A stretch of DNA of 60,729 bases, the filler included, from Sphacelaria rigidula (lineage: Eukaryota), in assembly GCA_964200075.2 (NCBI GenBank). It is 8 parts of 8 records of this genome, joined end to end, with 100 filler letters (N's around TTAATTAATTAA, not from the genome) between each part and the next. Parts side by side here need not be neighbours in the genome. Positions count along the whole stretch, not along the records: positions 22,813 to 30,316 come from CAXNAA020014610.1; positions 30,417 to 37,920 come from CAXNAA020014611.1; positions 38,021 to 45,523 come from CAXNAA020014612.1; 5 more parts are not named here. One strand, given 5' to 3'. The position numbers and the translations under genes were made by a program. Below the pieces are notes generated by a model. The model ran no database searches. It worked only from the letters and a program-made list of their open reading frames with translations, and was not told where the DNA came from. Shown here one piece after another: positions 26,001 to 39,448 of the stretch (position 1 is the stretch's first letter; every line of letters starts with the position of its first letter).

Positions 26001-29000
26001 GGTGTTATTGATCGTTTTTGGTCCAAAAAGCATCACTATTCGGCTCCATCGCGATGAAAACGTGAAAATCAAAGACAAGGATCTATGAAAAGATTCATGG
26101 CAGCAATCGGGATTGAGTCTGCCTCCCTGTGTAACGCAGAGCTCGGTTCGACAATTTTCATGGAATATTGCCCTACATTGTACGATACGGCATTCTTTCT
26201 TTTAGCACTCCAAAGTCCTGGCGTCGATACATGATAGCAAAACAATTAGGTGCTGCTCGGGACACAATCCTTAATTGATATTGTCGGGGCGATACCGAGT
26301 AAGTACCTCGTTCTATCAACGGGTGTTATCGACCACTGCTATTCCATTAAACATAGTTCTTCGGATGTACCACGATAAATACTCGACGAATTCAAACGAA
26401 AAACATTCCGTTACATTTGTTCCCGACAACAACCCAGCAAATATACATAAGGGCCAGAGCCTGACTGAGCTGGGAAGGCGCAGGATCCCCGTTAACCGGA
26501 CATCCCGTAATGCGTTTAGTATTGAGCGCGGATATGTTTTTTCGGTATGCGGAGGGGTGCATAACATCCCCTAATCTCCCGAACTTCGGGATCGAACGTT
26601 CACTGGGAAGAGCATCGGCACGCGAAAACATGACTGAAAATCGCCGACCGGAAAAAATTGAAAAAAATAATTTGGTTGTAAACTACTGTACCCTCTTGAG
26701 TAAGTCCTATTACGAAGATGAAATAGACATCAACAATACCAACGGAAACATGGTGAGGCAGAACATATGCGCTGACTCCACCTGTATAAGGCGTGACTCA
26801 GGGTGTTCAGGAAGCGAACAGTTTATCCTGTTCGCTTCCTGAACACAGGGTTAGCGGTATGTGGGTTAGGGTCCGTACACCAAGCAGAACGACATGTCCA
26901 CCAAAACAAGGTGAATGATACCTCGGCATAACGCATGACGTCCGTCTGGACCCCACACTCTCGCCTGACGTAAACCAAGCATCTCACCTCAGGGTGACGG
27001 CCACTTTCCGTCCGAGATCGGCTATTTTTTCTGCCGCATTCCGCGCCATGAGGTCGAGCTCCGCTATATCCTCAGCCGGGGATTTTCGAGGCACGAGGTA
27101 CTTGTAAACCCGCCGAGCATCACCCCCAGAGCTTTGGTTACCCTACAGGGCCACCAATGTAACGTCATTGAGGCGCTCGCCGATGTCCGTCATCATGGAT
27201 CGGACTACTGCTTGCAAGCGCTTCGCACAAATATCAGGGCGCTTCTCTTCGTTGCGAGTTTCCAGTACCCACCCCTCCACTTCCCTGCTGCGGACAATAG
27301 CTCCAGCGCACACCGCCGCCCGCACGCACTGTGTGGTACGGCACGCTCTCTGTTCTTCCCCCGTTGCCGGGACTTCACAGTCGGCGGGAGCATGTTGCTG
27401 CTCGTCTTCCCCCGTTGCCGGGACTTCACAGTCGGCGAGAGCATGTTGCTGCTCGTTAACTTTTCTCTCCTTAAAGGATCTGCAGTAGGCACTGTAGCAG
27501 GGGCTGCACAGAGTACTGTTCGCTCCCAGCACCTTGTCCCCTTCAGAGAGGAGCAATGTGGCCTGCCGGCGTCCTACCCCTACCGTGAAGAAATTCATCA
27601 TGGCGGCGCATGCAGCACCGGCCGAGCGCCAATGGGGCCCACTCCCCCTCTTGCTCCGCTGTCGTTGTCCACACACTTCACACCTCCTTCGTCGCATATG
27701 GACTTTTGATCTTTGGAAACACCGGTATAGGTAAAGAAAACAGTCGGGGCGTGTGCACAGGCAGTCCGATGTGGGCTCGTACGCACCAGTGATCGCATAT
27801 GATGACCGGTCTTCCCTTTTCGCCTTCAACCATTCCGCTGCAGGACCGAGTGTTTCCGGCTGGAAATGGCTGAAGTGAGTGGGGGGGGCGATGACAGGCA
27901 GCACAGAGTCTGTCGCGCTGCGCGTGAGTCGTTTTACACCACGTGCACAAACCCACAACCCAGCTGCCAGCTGCCGGGCGCCCCACATTCGGCCTTTCCG
28001 CACCGCGCACGTCTCCGAACTACAGAAGCGGAACTTGCCCTTGTAGAATGCAGAGCTGAACCTTGCCGCCTTCCATGGAGCGGCACGCTGGTGTGTTCTT
28101 CGTCATGCCCATCACGCGCCCTCTGCCTGGACCGTTGCCTGACGCCATCATCGATACTAGCCTGTGGCGCCGTTCTCGGCCGTTCCAAGCGCACCGGCCG
28201 GGATTGCGGCCGCGATTTCGACGGGCGGCGGTCGATTTATTCGGAAGGGGATGCTGCATCCACCGTATCCACACAATGATTACTCGTAAAGCCACCGTGA
28301 GTGGCGGTCCGGAGTGGCCGCTCGTGCATTGCACCGCCTGATATCCTGGTATCGGTGGCATCAGAGTTGGTCGTCTTCTGCCTCAAGGTTCGAGCGGTTG
28401 AGTCAACACCGTACCCGCCCGAATTCAAAGGCTCGGCCGTTCGCTTCTGTGCGCGCGCGGCCGGGCTCCCCAACATTCCCGGTGTGACGTCGGCGTGGGG
28501 GAGTCTCCCTTCAGCATCGTCGGGACTTTTCTCGGCGCCGGCGTCAGAAAAGGTGCCCGGACTTGATACAGCGTCATCGCCTGTGGGGGCGAAGATAACG
28601 AGGGGCCGAAGGTCACCACATACGCTTGGGACAGATTCACATGTCTGGCGTTCGATGAACTCACGTTGGAAGTATGCAGTGGGGAACGTTCCGCAACGTC
28701 TCCATTAAGCCTCAGCCAACCAACGTCCGTAGTTCACCTACCGCGAGACGGCCATGTACCTGTGCGTTTGATGGATTCTTCAGCACAGGATTCCGCAGCA
28801 ACGACGCTCATGTCTGCGAGCGTTCCGACCACCACCTGCACCCAGTTGTGTAGTCGTAATTCGGGAAATACTGCGCAGACGGTTGACGAGGGGGGAAGCG
28901 GAGCTCATCGCACATTGGGGCGGACTGACGGCAGCGCGTATTTGTCTGCTGCGCATGTACACCTCGCGCATGTGCGAGGTGCTTGGTAGCATGTCGCCGT

Positions 29001-29320
29001 TCGTGGGCACAGACGAGACGCGAGGGCAACATGATCGAAGCTGCCCCGACACGGAATTCGATAGCGCCTATCCACTCGACATCAATACATTGTAGACCCG
29101 TGAACATTGAAGTGAAAGCACACGGGTTTTCGAAGAGGGATGAGCTGCAGCGACGGAGGTCTGCGCAATTTTGGACATGGTATCGGGGCGCGCCGGCTGA
29201 CCATGAAAGTACCAGTGGCATGAGACAAGAGAAGTATCTCTCAGCGGTGTCCTAACGGCATCAACGGCAGCTTCGTCTGATCGCTGGCCTATCCAGCGAG
29301 GTGCCTCGCAAGGCGTGTTC
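23005..29320 (-). pseudogene. Decayed large transposase gene, Academ-like (Cys-rich N-terminus, DDE-type core, XPG-like C-terminus)
   Basis: Colinear minus-strand fragments with stops and frameshifts: CEVC..W..LCSPCY, RPDNIN, MKIVEP, WYLPIP..FQNEML..KRLLKIAG, DMFFQFRNGG, SQAHENVV, APENFEQ, FFYLKCGEHVSYIPGL, ALELTGDVLQKQN, SFCDRVRQHVY. Order matches recalled Academ-type proteins. Confidence 0.55.
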
Positions 29321-30219
29321 ATGGCCATACACCTACGGATAAGCAGCAAAAGCCGTCGGTTCGCGACGGCGCCATGAAGGTGTGAACAGTCGGAGCAGTG
29401 TAAAGCACCATACACAACAGTAACCTGTGTCGAAAGCGAGCAATGCACTACAAAACAGGGCAGTACTGTTGAGGTGATCCTGAATACAGTCGAGTACAGT
29501 ACGCAACAGCGCATGCCAGTACCCAATACTTCACAATACTGGTCCGTGTACGACAGTTTACAGTGCAGGGCGGTGGAGTAGAAAACGCCTGAGAATCCTA
29601 CACAAAAACAGAGGGCGGTACAGATGAGTACAGTACGCTACAGCACAGGGCAGTACACTACGCTACACCGCACTGGACCGTGCGCGACATTTTGCAGTAC
29701 AGAACAGTAGAGTACAGTACATTACTCTTGAGTAGAGTAAACGACGGCACAGGGCAGCGCGACAGTGTGTTGTGTACAGTCATCCCACAGAACACCGTAC
29801 TGACTGGATCGTGCACGACATTTTGCAGCACATCACAGTACATTACATGACACTCGGGTACCGTACACAACGGCACAGGGCAGCACGCAACAGTGCGTTG
29901 TATGTTGGCATCCCATCGTACACCGTACTGGACCCTGCACGACGGCGTGCGGTACTACAGTTGTACAGACAGTACGAAAGATTACGCTGGAGTAAACTAC
30001 ACAACGGCATAGGGCAGTGCGGTGGGATACAAGTTTTCAAGGTTGTATTATGTAGGGTACGGTTTCCTGTATACCCGGGGTATTTTCCGGGCATTTACCA
30101 CACCCAACAGTTCTGCGACTTCTGTAAGACTTCAATACACCTGACAGTTCTGTAAACTCTGTAAAGACGTCGATACCCTTACCCAGGGGGCTGCGCGGAC
30201 AACACTTCCGGACACGGAG

Positions 30220-30266
<47 letters not shown>

Positions 30267-31563
30267 CGGGCGCGGGCGGGCCACGGACACAAACCAACCC
30301 CCCCCCGCCACCAGACNNNNNNNNNNNNNNNNNNNNNNNNNNNNNNNNNNNNNNNNNNNNTTAATTAATTAANNNNNNNNNNNNNNNNNNNNNNNNNNNN
30401 NNNNNNNNNNNNNNNNGCTTGCCTTAGTCGTTTGACCATTGACCACGCATCCCTTTCGAGACGGAGCACCGTTCCTACTCCTAGAATCGGGCGGGGGCAG
30501 AAAAGCAGGAGGCTGGAGTTGTTACCACTGTCCTCTCAGAATGCAAGACACAGACACGTGCCGTTATGTTCCCTCGCGGCTAAAATTGCGTTCAACTAAT
30601 TTCGCGACTAAGGCAATCAACAAATGGGTACGCCCCCCCCCCGCAAGTACGTGAGTTTCTCGACCGATTTGCAACCAAATCTTACGCAGTGGGGAGCAAA
30701 TGGAAGTCGACACCAGAGACGCCACCGAGCAAAACTTCACGCAGTCGTATAGCCGCAACTTATCGCTCAACCATGTAAGAAATTCAGTACTTGAGGTTGG
30801 TAGCCAGCTCTGTTAGAAGGTGCCGGTACTGGATTGCCGTTTCCATCGCTTTGATGGTGACGTCGTCGGCGTAGGGTGCAGTATTGTGCTGTACATATCG
30901 AGGTAATATGCAAGCCATTTGGCCCTGAAAGTGCTGCACCATACCAGGGCAAGAGGTGCATGTCATCTCATGACTGATTGTACTTTACGGGTCGTGCATT
31001 CGAAATAGCAAGAGTCAACTGTTGCATAGACAGTGTCACAAGCAAATAATACGGACTCACGACTCACCGTGTACAAAAAGCAATGTACGCAACCCCCAGA
31101 TCGCATATAAAATGTACTAATTTACAGTTTGAGGCACTTCACACTATCGAGGACTATTGTATGGGTAAGATGTTATGGCATACATACGCATGGGCGTAAT
31201 GCAATAATGTGCACTACGAGTCTGATTCACAGCGGGGATATATGGCGGGGTGGGGTACGGTAGAGGGGGGGGGGAGGGGGGGTGTTGTATTCCGTCACTT
31301 CAGTGTGAACAGCTCCTCCCGAGCCCATCTTCGAGCGTGGTCGTGTGAGAGGGGATCCCACCCCAACCAGCGACGAACAAAAGGGCATTTATACCCATGT
31401 ATCTACTACTTCAATGGAGCAGACGTGTCGGCATGGCAGGATGCTGGCCGCACGGTATATACAGCACACAGCTTCTACAGTACAGTATTGCATGTCTGAC
31501 TGGATACTGACAGTACTGTATACTACAAACTGACTGGAGTGTGCCATTACTGGGAATATGTAC

Positions 31564-31884
31564 CTCTTGCTGTGAGAGATCACCCGCCCATTGTTGAAGC
31601 TGAAACAGGTCAGTGCTGTCCACCATAGAGAGACGGCTACTTGAGCAAGTAGGAGCCCCCCCTCTGGAGTCTCTTTGGCTTGCACCCCTTCTTCGCCACA
31701 ATTTCGAATGTGATGATGGTCGCAAGCCTCGAGCAGCAGGTATGAAGACACTTGCACTGCTCCCCCGATACGTCGACGGGCTGTGGTTGATGTTGGTACT
31801 GAAGGCTTGGCAAGCTCGGCCGATAATGGCCAGAACAGTGAATGTGCTTGACAGCACCGTCTTTTTCGCATGCCTCATTGTCAT
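31564..31884 (-). CDS. First exon of a plastid-targeted protein, possibly cytochrome c biogenesis CcdA-like
   Basis: ATG, basic + hydrophobic signal peptide ending ACQA|F, Ser/Arg-rich transit peptide, then DLFQLQQWAGDLSQQE|gtacat, similar to the recalled CcdA N-terminus (LYQLEQFAN.LV..QL). Exon call firmer than product call. Confidence 0.55.
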
Positions 31885-32576
31885 GAGACTATTTTTGGTT
31901 TCTCGTATGTCAACCAATCCTGTACCAACCCAGTGTAGTTTTTTTCAAAATGATACAGCTGTGTACGGAATGCTACGCTGTTCGTGAAATATCTAAATCC
32001 TGGGAACCCGGGGTGCGACGGTTTTTCAATGAATTTAATTCATGCGCAAGAGAGTGCGGTTTTAGTTTTGAATCAAAGGGTATGACATATTTATCATACC
32101 CTTTGACTTGAATCGACGTGCGCGCGCGTGAGCAATGCGATATGTGTCATGTTTGTACTTCGTAGTACATGCCGGGCCATATCCCAGCCTCGGAAGGGGA
32201 AAGAGCGATGTATCGAGCTGTAGATATTGTTATTGAGCACTTTATAGTATGGTTACGGTGGCGTACAGTTAACGAAGGCTCAACAACATAATTTCTCTAT
32301 TTTTTCGACGGCGGAAACGTTTTACATATAGTTTCAAAGAACCGTATGGATAAGGGTGTCACGCAGGAAAAGAAAAAACGAACAATGTATTCTTTCCTAA
32401 TACGTTATATGCCTTATTATCCGGCGGTGGGTTCATAGATACGTTTTTTTTCGTAGTACAAACACCATCTTCAAGTAATTAAATTTATATTTTCGACCGG
32501 TACCTTTACGTTTCATACTGTAGGAACTGGGCCGGCAGTGAATCCCCCATTTGCATGTCACACCATAACTTATCAA

Positions 32577-32827
32577 GAGTAATCCTACGATAGGGGGGAG
32601 GTATTTTTGGCCACTTCTTGCACAAAACTTCGAGTCAAATCGTCGTTGAAAGCAGCAACGGTTGCTCGAATGAGCTTGTTGTAGATACGTAACACTCATT
32701 CATACCGATCGACACCGCTTTGAACCAAATACAAGCGCACCGCGAGTGTGGCAGGTCGTCTGACATACTTGGGAATCTCTTTTTTCGTGCAATCAAATAC
32801 CCCCCCCCCCCTATCGTAGGATGACTC
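32577..32827. mobile_element. Sola-like MITE family A, 251 bp (opposite orientation to 4376)
   Basis: Same TIRs and internal sequence; TSD tcaa. Confidence 0.87.
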
Positions 32828-33367
32828 TCAAGTTTACCAAATCAGCCCGACATGAGTATATCGGTGTGACCTGCAGACCAACGTGGTAACGCACGGGACC
32901 GCCGCTGAATGAAAAAAAAAAAAAAGTACTGCACGATGAATCACCTAGTCGATGGAACAAAAAAAAGGAATCCGTCGGGATTCGAACTCGTGAACTCGAT
33001 AACTGGAGTCAACTGCATCGCGTCGATTAAAGGAGCGCAGCCGTGCCACACGAAAAGTTGGATGCTGCGCCAAATTTCTGGAAGATTTGGCCGAAATTGC
33101 ACCAGGATCTCCTCCACACAAGGACGCACGACTACACTAGGGATGCCCCCGTATTTTCATTTTCACGGAGTTATAACATTTTTTCTAGTTTGTGCAGACA
33201 CTTCAAATCGCCCCTTCTGTTTTTTTTTTTCTATATATCTCCGAGAAGGTTGTGCGTACGAGTAGTGATGATGAAAATTTTGTGTTGAAATTTCAGCGCC
33301 CAACGCTTCGGATTACCCACCGCCCGGTCCGGATACACTCGCAAATCACTGTCAGCTGGCACAGCTC

Positions 33368-33699
33368 CACACGCGGCCATTTGGCTACCTCCAAAATTCC
33401 TCCAGGTAGGTAAACTTTTCGAACCTCCAGAGGAATTAAACGCCTCCGAAAGGGTGCGCGGCCCGCCAGAGGAGATTTCGGTTTCCTCCACAGGGGATTA
33501 AACGCCTCCGGAGGCTTACTTTTGCTTCTGGGGGGCCGCGCGTACCCCCAAATTCCTCCGGAGGGGTGCCCGGCCCTCCGGGTCGGTAGAGTTTGGTGTC
33601 CTCCAGAGGGATAGAAGGCCTCCGGAGGCTTGTTTTCCCCCTGGAGGGCCGCGTATCCCTCCGGACGTATTTTGGGGTGTAGCCAAATGGCCGCGTGTG
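33368..33699. mobile_element. MITE with CCTCCGGAGG repeats (partial relative ~43040-43279)
   Basis: 21-bp perfect TIR cacacgcggccatttggctac; no clear TSD. Confidence 0.8.
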
Positions 33700-34636
33700 T
33701 CGTAGTACATCTACATCTCATAGTATAAACTTGATTTAGTATGCACTCCGTCACACATGGTTTTGCTGATCTTCTGGTGCCCGTAGCCGCAGTACCGCAC
33801 CGTGCGAAGGCAGGATTATATCCAACACAACGAAGGTCTCACAAGCGGCGCTCTGTCGATTCGTATTGGGTTAGTGTACGTTGGTGTACCCAACGTTTGC
33901 TTTGAATGTCGCCATTCCCGCGGTAGGGGTGCGCTGGCCGGGGTTGGTGTTGCAGTCTCCATGGCGAATGTTTGTGTGATACAGATACAGTAACAGTCGG
34001 TATCGCGACAGAAAGTATTTGAGGCACAACGCTGGAGACGACCAAGCACTCTACACACGGAAGAGCAGACAGCTGATGTAATGATGTATTTTTTTTTGCG
34101 TATGTGATCCCGTATGCCAGAACGCCTCTTCCTTTCGAAGGTCCACAGTACGCTTCGCTTGCTTCATTACTTGGTGCTTATAAAAAGATATTATCGATGC
34201 TGACTGCTTGTTGACTGCACATACGTTTTTCAGCTCTCCTCCTGCTACGATCCTCAGCTGGACGGAGCTAACCGGGGGAAATAAAGCCCAGACTAGACCC
34301 GGACAACAATGAACCAAACAGTGCAATCTTGCTTACCTCTCTGCGGCAAATAGGGTTTGAGTAGCGTACGTGTATCCAGCGAAAATCCCGACAAGAATAA
34401 TGGAAAACAACGAAAAAATCGCTGATTTCAGTTTAATTATTTTATAACTACCCGTACCCATGAACTTGGTGCCTAATATCTATGATTTTGGGCGTTACCC
34501 TTGAGCTGGCTTGGGGTAAAAGTCTGGACGAATATCCCACTGTAGAGCCGCCAATTTTGGTTGCAATATAGCAAATGATGGCTTGAAAGAACCGTATGGA
34601 TAAGGTGTCACGCAGGAGAATAAAATACGAAGGTAA

Positions 34637-36262
34637 CACAGGCACCGTAGGTAAGGTAGGTACCCGGTACCGGTATTTGGGACATTTCATACCCTCCCGA
34701 TACCGACCCAATTCGGTATTTTGAAATGTCATACCTACGATACCTGCGATACCAGGGTATTTCGAAATTTCAATACCTACCGTACCCACGATACCTGCGA
34801 TACCAGGGTATATCGAGATTCCAATGCCTACCGTACCCGCCCAGTCCGGTATTTGCAAGACTCATACCTACGATACCTACGATACCGAGGTATATCGAGA
34901 TTTCAATACCTACCGTACCCGCCCAATCCGGTATTTGCAAAACTCATACCTATGATACCTGCTGTCGGAGCAGGCACGTCTTGTTTACAAGTAAATAATA
35001 CCGAGATTCCCCCTGATTTTCGTGTTTGGATCGAATCGAATGAATCATTCTGATGTCTGATGTTTTTGGTGTGTGGGTATGAACTTTAGATCATCATTTG
35101 AAGGTATACATTGTTCCATGTCGAAGATAAGAATCATACGCAATAATACTCCACGTGCAAGCAAACAAGTAGAAAATAACGAAAGTAGGGGGGAAAAAAA
35201 CGAGGGGTCGCATGAGGCGTACAATATACACAACAATGTGCCAAAATATCAATTAAGTAAGCTTCCATATTACTATACCGTAAATACTGGGAAATTGCCG
35301 GGTGCTCTGAATGAAAAAATACAATTACACATAGAGGGGCAAACCCTACTCTTGCGTACTACTACACCTGGTCTCACGTACTACTGCAAAACGTTGGTGC
35401 CAGGAATTTCGGCCATCCCTCCTCGAAATGAAAATCGAATTATTCAATTTCAACTTGGCACATACTACCGCACTAGTTTCAGAGCGCTTTAGTCTCTGCA
35501 CCCGCGCCAACAACCACGAGAATCACCACGCGGTACCTATGATTGATCTATGGATTGGGTGTCTAAGCCTCTCAGCTGATTACAGCAAATAATCCAGCTG
35601 TGATCAGGGCGGAGAGTATAAAAAAATGAAAAATCATGCAAATGTCCGACAGCAGCAAGAAAGGAGAGTCCCACGTATTGCACGTAGAGAACGATAGCGA
35701 AACATAGCCAAAAACATGCTGCTCGCATCGGTCCAATAGCATATGGGCGCAGGGATGTCGCGTCAGCTGGCATTCGCGCTGGCTCTCGTTCTCTCCCTCG
35801 GTCCGGGGTGCATTGTGTTCGGGTGGGGGGCGACTTTCAACCTGGGGCACATGAAAACTTCGACTGCTCAACTTGCACCCAGATCTGAAACGCTTCGCAC
35901 TGCCAGATGACAGTTTTGAATTCGGTATAGAGGGTAAGGCAGGTACCCGGTCCCGGTATTTGGGACATCCCATACCCTACCGATACCGGCCCAATCCGAT
36001 ATTTTGAAATATCTACCTATGATACCTGCGATACCAGGGTATTTCGAGGTTTTAATACCTGCCCAATCCGGTATTTGCAAAACTCATACCTACGATACCT
36101 ACGATACCAGGGTATACTATCGAGATTTCAATACCTACCGTACCCGACCAATCCGGTATTTGCAAAACTCATACCTACGATACCTACGCATACCACGGTA
36201 TGGGATACCCTGGTAAATACCGGGGGTATGCTCGGTACGGTACCTTACCTACGGTGCCTGTG
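34637..36262. mobile_element. 8-bp-TSD TIR element with GATACC/GGTAT repeat arrays
   Basis: 22-bp perfect TIR cacaggcaccgtaggtaaggta; TSD gaaggtaa/gaaggtga. An inverted partial copy follows at ~36276-36520. Confidence 0.82.
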
Positions 36263-39200
36263 GAAGGTGACATACCACGGGAACCGTAGGAAAGGTACCG
36301 TAACAAGCGTACCCCGCCCGGTATTTGCCGGGGTATCCCATACCGTGGTGTGCGTGGGTATCGTAGATATGAGTTTTGAAAATACCTGATTGAGCGGGTA
36401 CGGGAGGTATTGAAATCTCGAAATACGGTGGCATCGTAGGTATCGTAGTCATGACAACCGAAAATACCCGATTGGGCAGGTACAGTAGGTACTGGTATCT
36501 CGAAATACCGTGATATCGTGCAGGCTACTTCAGGCTAATCACCCAAAAAGCACTCATCGGCAAAACCTCACGCCGTTCTAAGGAGTTAGACCCTGAAACT
36601 TTGCACATATGTTCTATGGGGCATTACACAACTTTCGAAAGTCGAGGTTTTCTGATTTTTTGCATTTTTCACCGTTTTTCGGGGGTCCCAGTTTTTACGG
36701 GGAGACATCGATCGAATCGGACCCCCGTAGAACTGGAAAGAAGAAAAAACCCTAAAAAACACCTCGTTCATCCAAAGTTGCGTTATGACCCATAGCACAG
36801 CTGTGCAAAATTTTCAGGCCCTAACTCCTTAAATCGGCGTGAGGCTTTTCACTTATGTGCGATGAACTTTGACCTGCCGCGGTGAAACCGCAAACTACTT
36901 TACTTTACAGTAGTACGAAAACGGCGTTCTTGGGCCTTCCTTGACGTGAACATGAAAATTCAAGCAGCAGTTGATCGAGTTTTGCGACAACATTTTGTGG
37001 GACCCTTCCTTGGGTTATGCGGTTCACGGAAAATGACGAAAAATATCCTTGTGCCCGTTTTCCGGGGTCCCAGTGTGGAGACTACTTCGAAAAACGACTT
37101 TGATCCCGCCTGACTCCCGAAAAATGGTGAAAACCCAAGAAGTGAAAAAACCTCGTCTATAGAAAGTTGCGTGATGACACATGGCACACTTGTGCAAAAT
37201 GTCAGGGTCCAACGCCTAATAGCGGCGTGAAGATTGGCGCGTTTGTTGAGAACGTGGGCTTGAAACGTGCAACTCCGAACTACTTGATTTTGGTATAAAA
37301 ACGTATTTTGGGGTGAATTTCACGTCAACGCAGGAAAAACTGTATGAGGTTTTCGAGCTTCTCCACCAAACTTTGTACATGTATTCGTTGGACTATCCCG
37401 GGGCGCATCATTTTATGATTTTTATTTCGGGGCATTCTGTACCGCCTTCCGGGGGTCCCAGTATGAAGACCCCCGGAAGCCGGTACAGAACGGAGAAACC
37501 ATGAAATGTTGTCAAGAATACATTTGTTTCATCTGGAGCATCAATACCTATGGAAATGCCAAGTCTGAGGGCGATCTGAGCTTTTCTACAACAGATATAG
37601 GGGACACCGTCACGAGGCTCCCTGGGTCTTTCGTGCGTGTCATTAGTGGAAATTAGACGACGTCAACACCCGACATCACCAAAACATCACGGTTTCGGGT
37701 ACAAATCGACCCCCGTTGTAATCGTTTTAAAAATGCTTTTTCGTTAGATTGCCGAGCCGATGACGGTTACTACGATTTGGAGCATGTGGAGATAAGGTGA
37801 AAATTGAAAATTGGGCTTGGAATTCGTAATTTCGATCTCGGAACAATTTGACGGGCGCTGATTGGTCGATATATCTTTTCGCCCTTAGCGCTACCACTCT
37901 GGCCATACACATAGATCCGGNNNNNNNNNNNNNNNNNNNNNNNNNNNNNNNNNNNNNNNNNNNNTTAATTAATTAANNNNNNNNNNNNNNNNNNNNNNNN
38001 NNNNNNNNNNNNNNNNNNNNACCCACGCCATCAACCGCCAACCGCAACGGTCTTGTGGCTTCCAAGCAACGCTGGCGGCAGTACGGCAGGCAAACCTGAT
38101 CTAGCTAGCTTTCGTCGCTCTACTGGACTGGCTGCCGTCTGCACATAGGTCGCCCGGCGGAGCAAGATGTACCAAATTTCGCATCTCCGTAAAAACAAAA
38201 CAGTTAGTTCGGTTTTCCCAACTGCATCAACATGATTAAAATGACTCTTATGGTCTGAGCTGTGGTCTTCGCACGTGTGGACGGACCCAAAGCGGCCACT
38301 TTCCCTCAGACCACAAGAGTCGTTTTAGTCATGTCTGTGTGTGTGCCTTCCGCGGCACCGTGAGTGTCCACCCCTTCTGAGGGAAAATGGACGCCTCCGA
38401 CCCTGATCCCGATGTGGATATTGACTTCGGCACCCCCGCCCCGACGCCTGTCCCACCACTTCCTGAGCCACCATGCCTGGTCGGCTCTCCGGCGGAAAGC
38501 CATCCCCGCGATTTCCTCGCCAGATACTCCCATCGTGATTGGGCTCGTGAACAACAAGTAGAACCTTTGTGCCGCGCTACCATGCGGTACTTACAGGTTG
38601 GCTACCCTGTTCCTACCCCGACCAATGTTCTGGCCCCGGATCGTACATTGCCACCACCAAACGTCTCTGAGGAGTACGAACTCGCACGTAAAGACCCTAT
38701 CTTCACCACTGATGACGGTGTTCAACTGCTTGTCCGCCGCCCTACACCCTAGTCGGGTGTAACTTCAACCGCGACCACTAAACGTCATGTACGCCTACTC
38801 GATGACAAACCAACCCGCATTTATGTTCCATTTTTGATGCGATCGTGGGAAATGAAAGGCTGCCACACTGATCTGCCTTACCGCCTTGGTGTCACGCGCG
38901 CATTAGCGCTACTTGAACGTTTTTACTGGTGGATCGGTATGGACGTGTCAAACGTTTTTTAGATTCGGCGATGCTTTGAGTATCAAGATCGCAAAACCTC
39001 ACGGTAGACAACACGTTGGCTCGTCATTTCTATGGAACTTCCCAACGCCCCTGGTCACCTCTTCTTGTCTTATCACTATTTCGGTCCCTTTTCGACCACT
39101 GATCGTAGCAACACCTACATTTTTCTCTTCACAACAGCTTTAGTCGCCATGCGTCCATGTATGCAGTCACCACAAGAGACTTCACAGCTAACATGCTGGT

Positions 39201-39448
39201 TCATGACTAAATTAAGCACCATGGTTGTTCGAAACGGTTCTTCTCCGACAATGGTCAGCAATTTTGCTCGAACCTCTCGGACGAACTCTATAAGCTCCAA
39301 CGCATTCGCAAGATAGCCACAAGCGTCTACTACCCAATGGTGACGGTGGAACTGAAAGAGTCAATCACACCATGGCTCAGATGCTATCTATTGTTGCCAA
39401 CGATCGTCAAAACGATTGAGATCTCCATCTTTCAGATGTCATGCTGTC

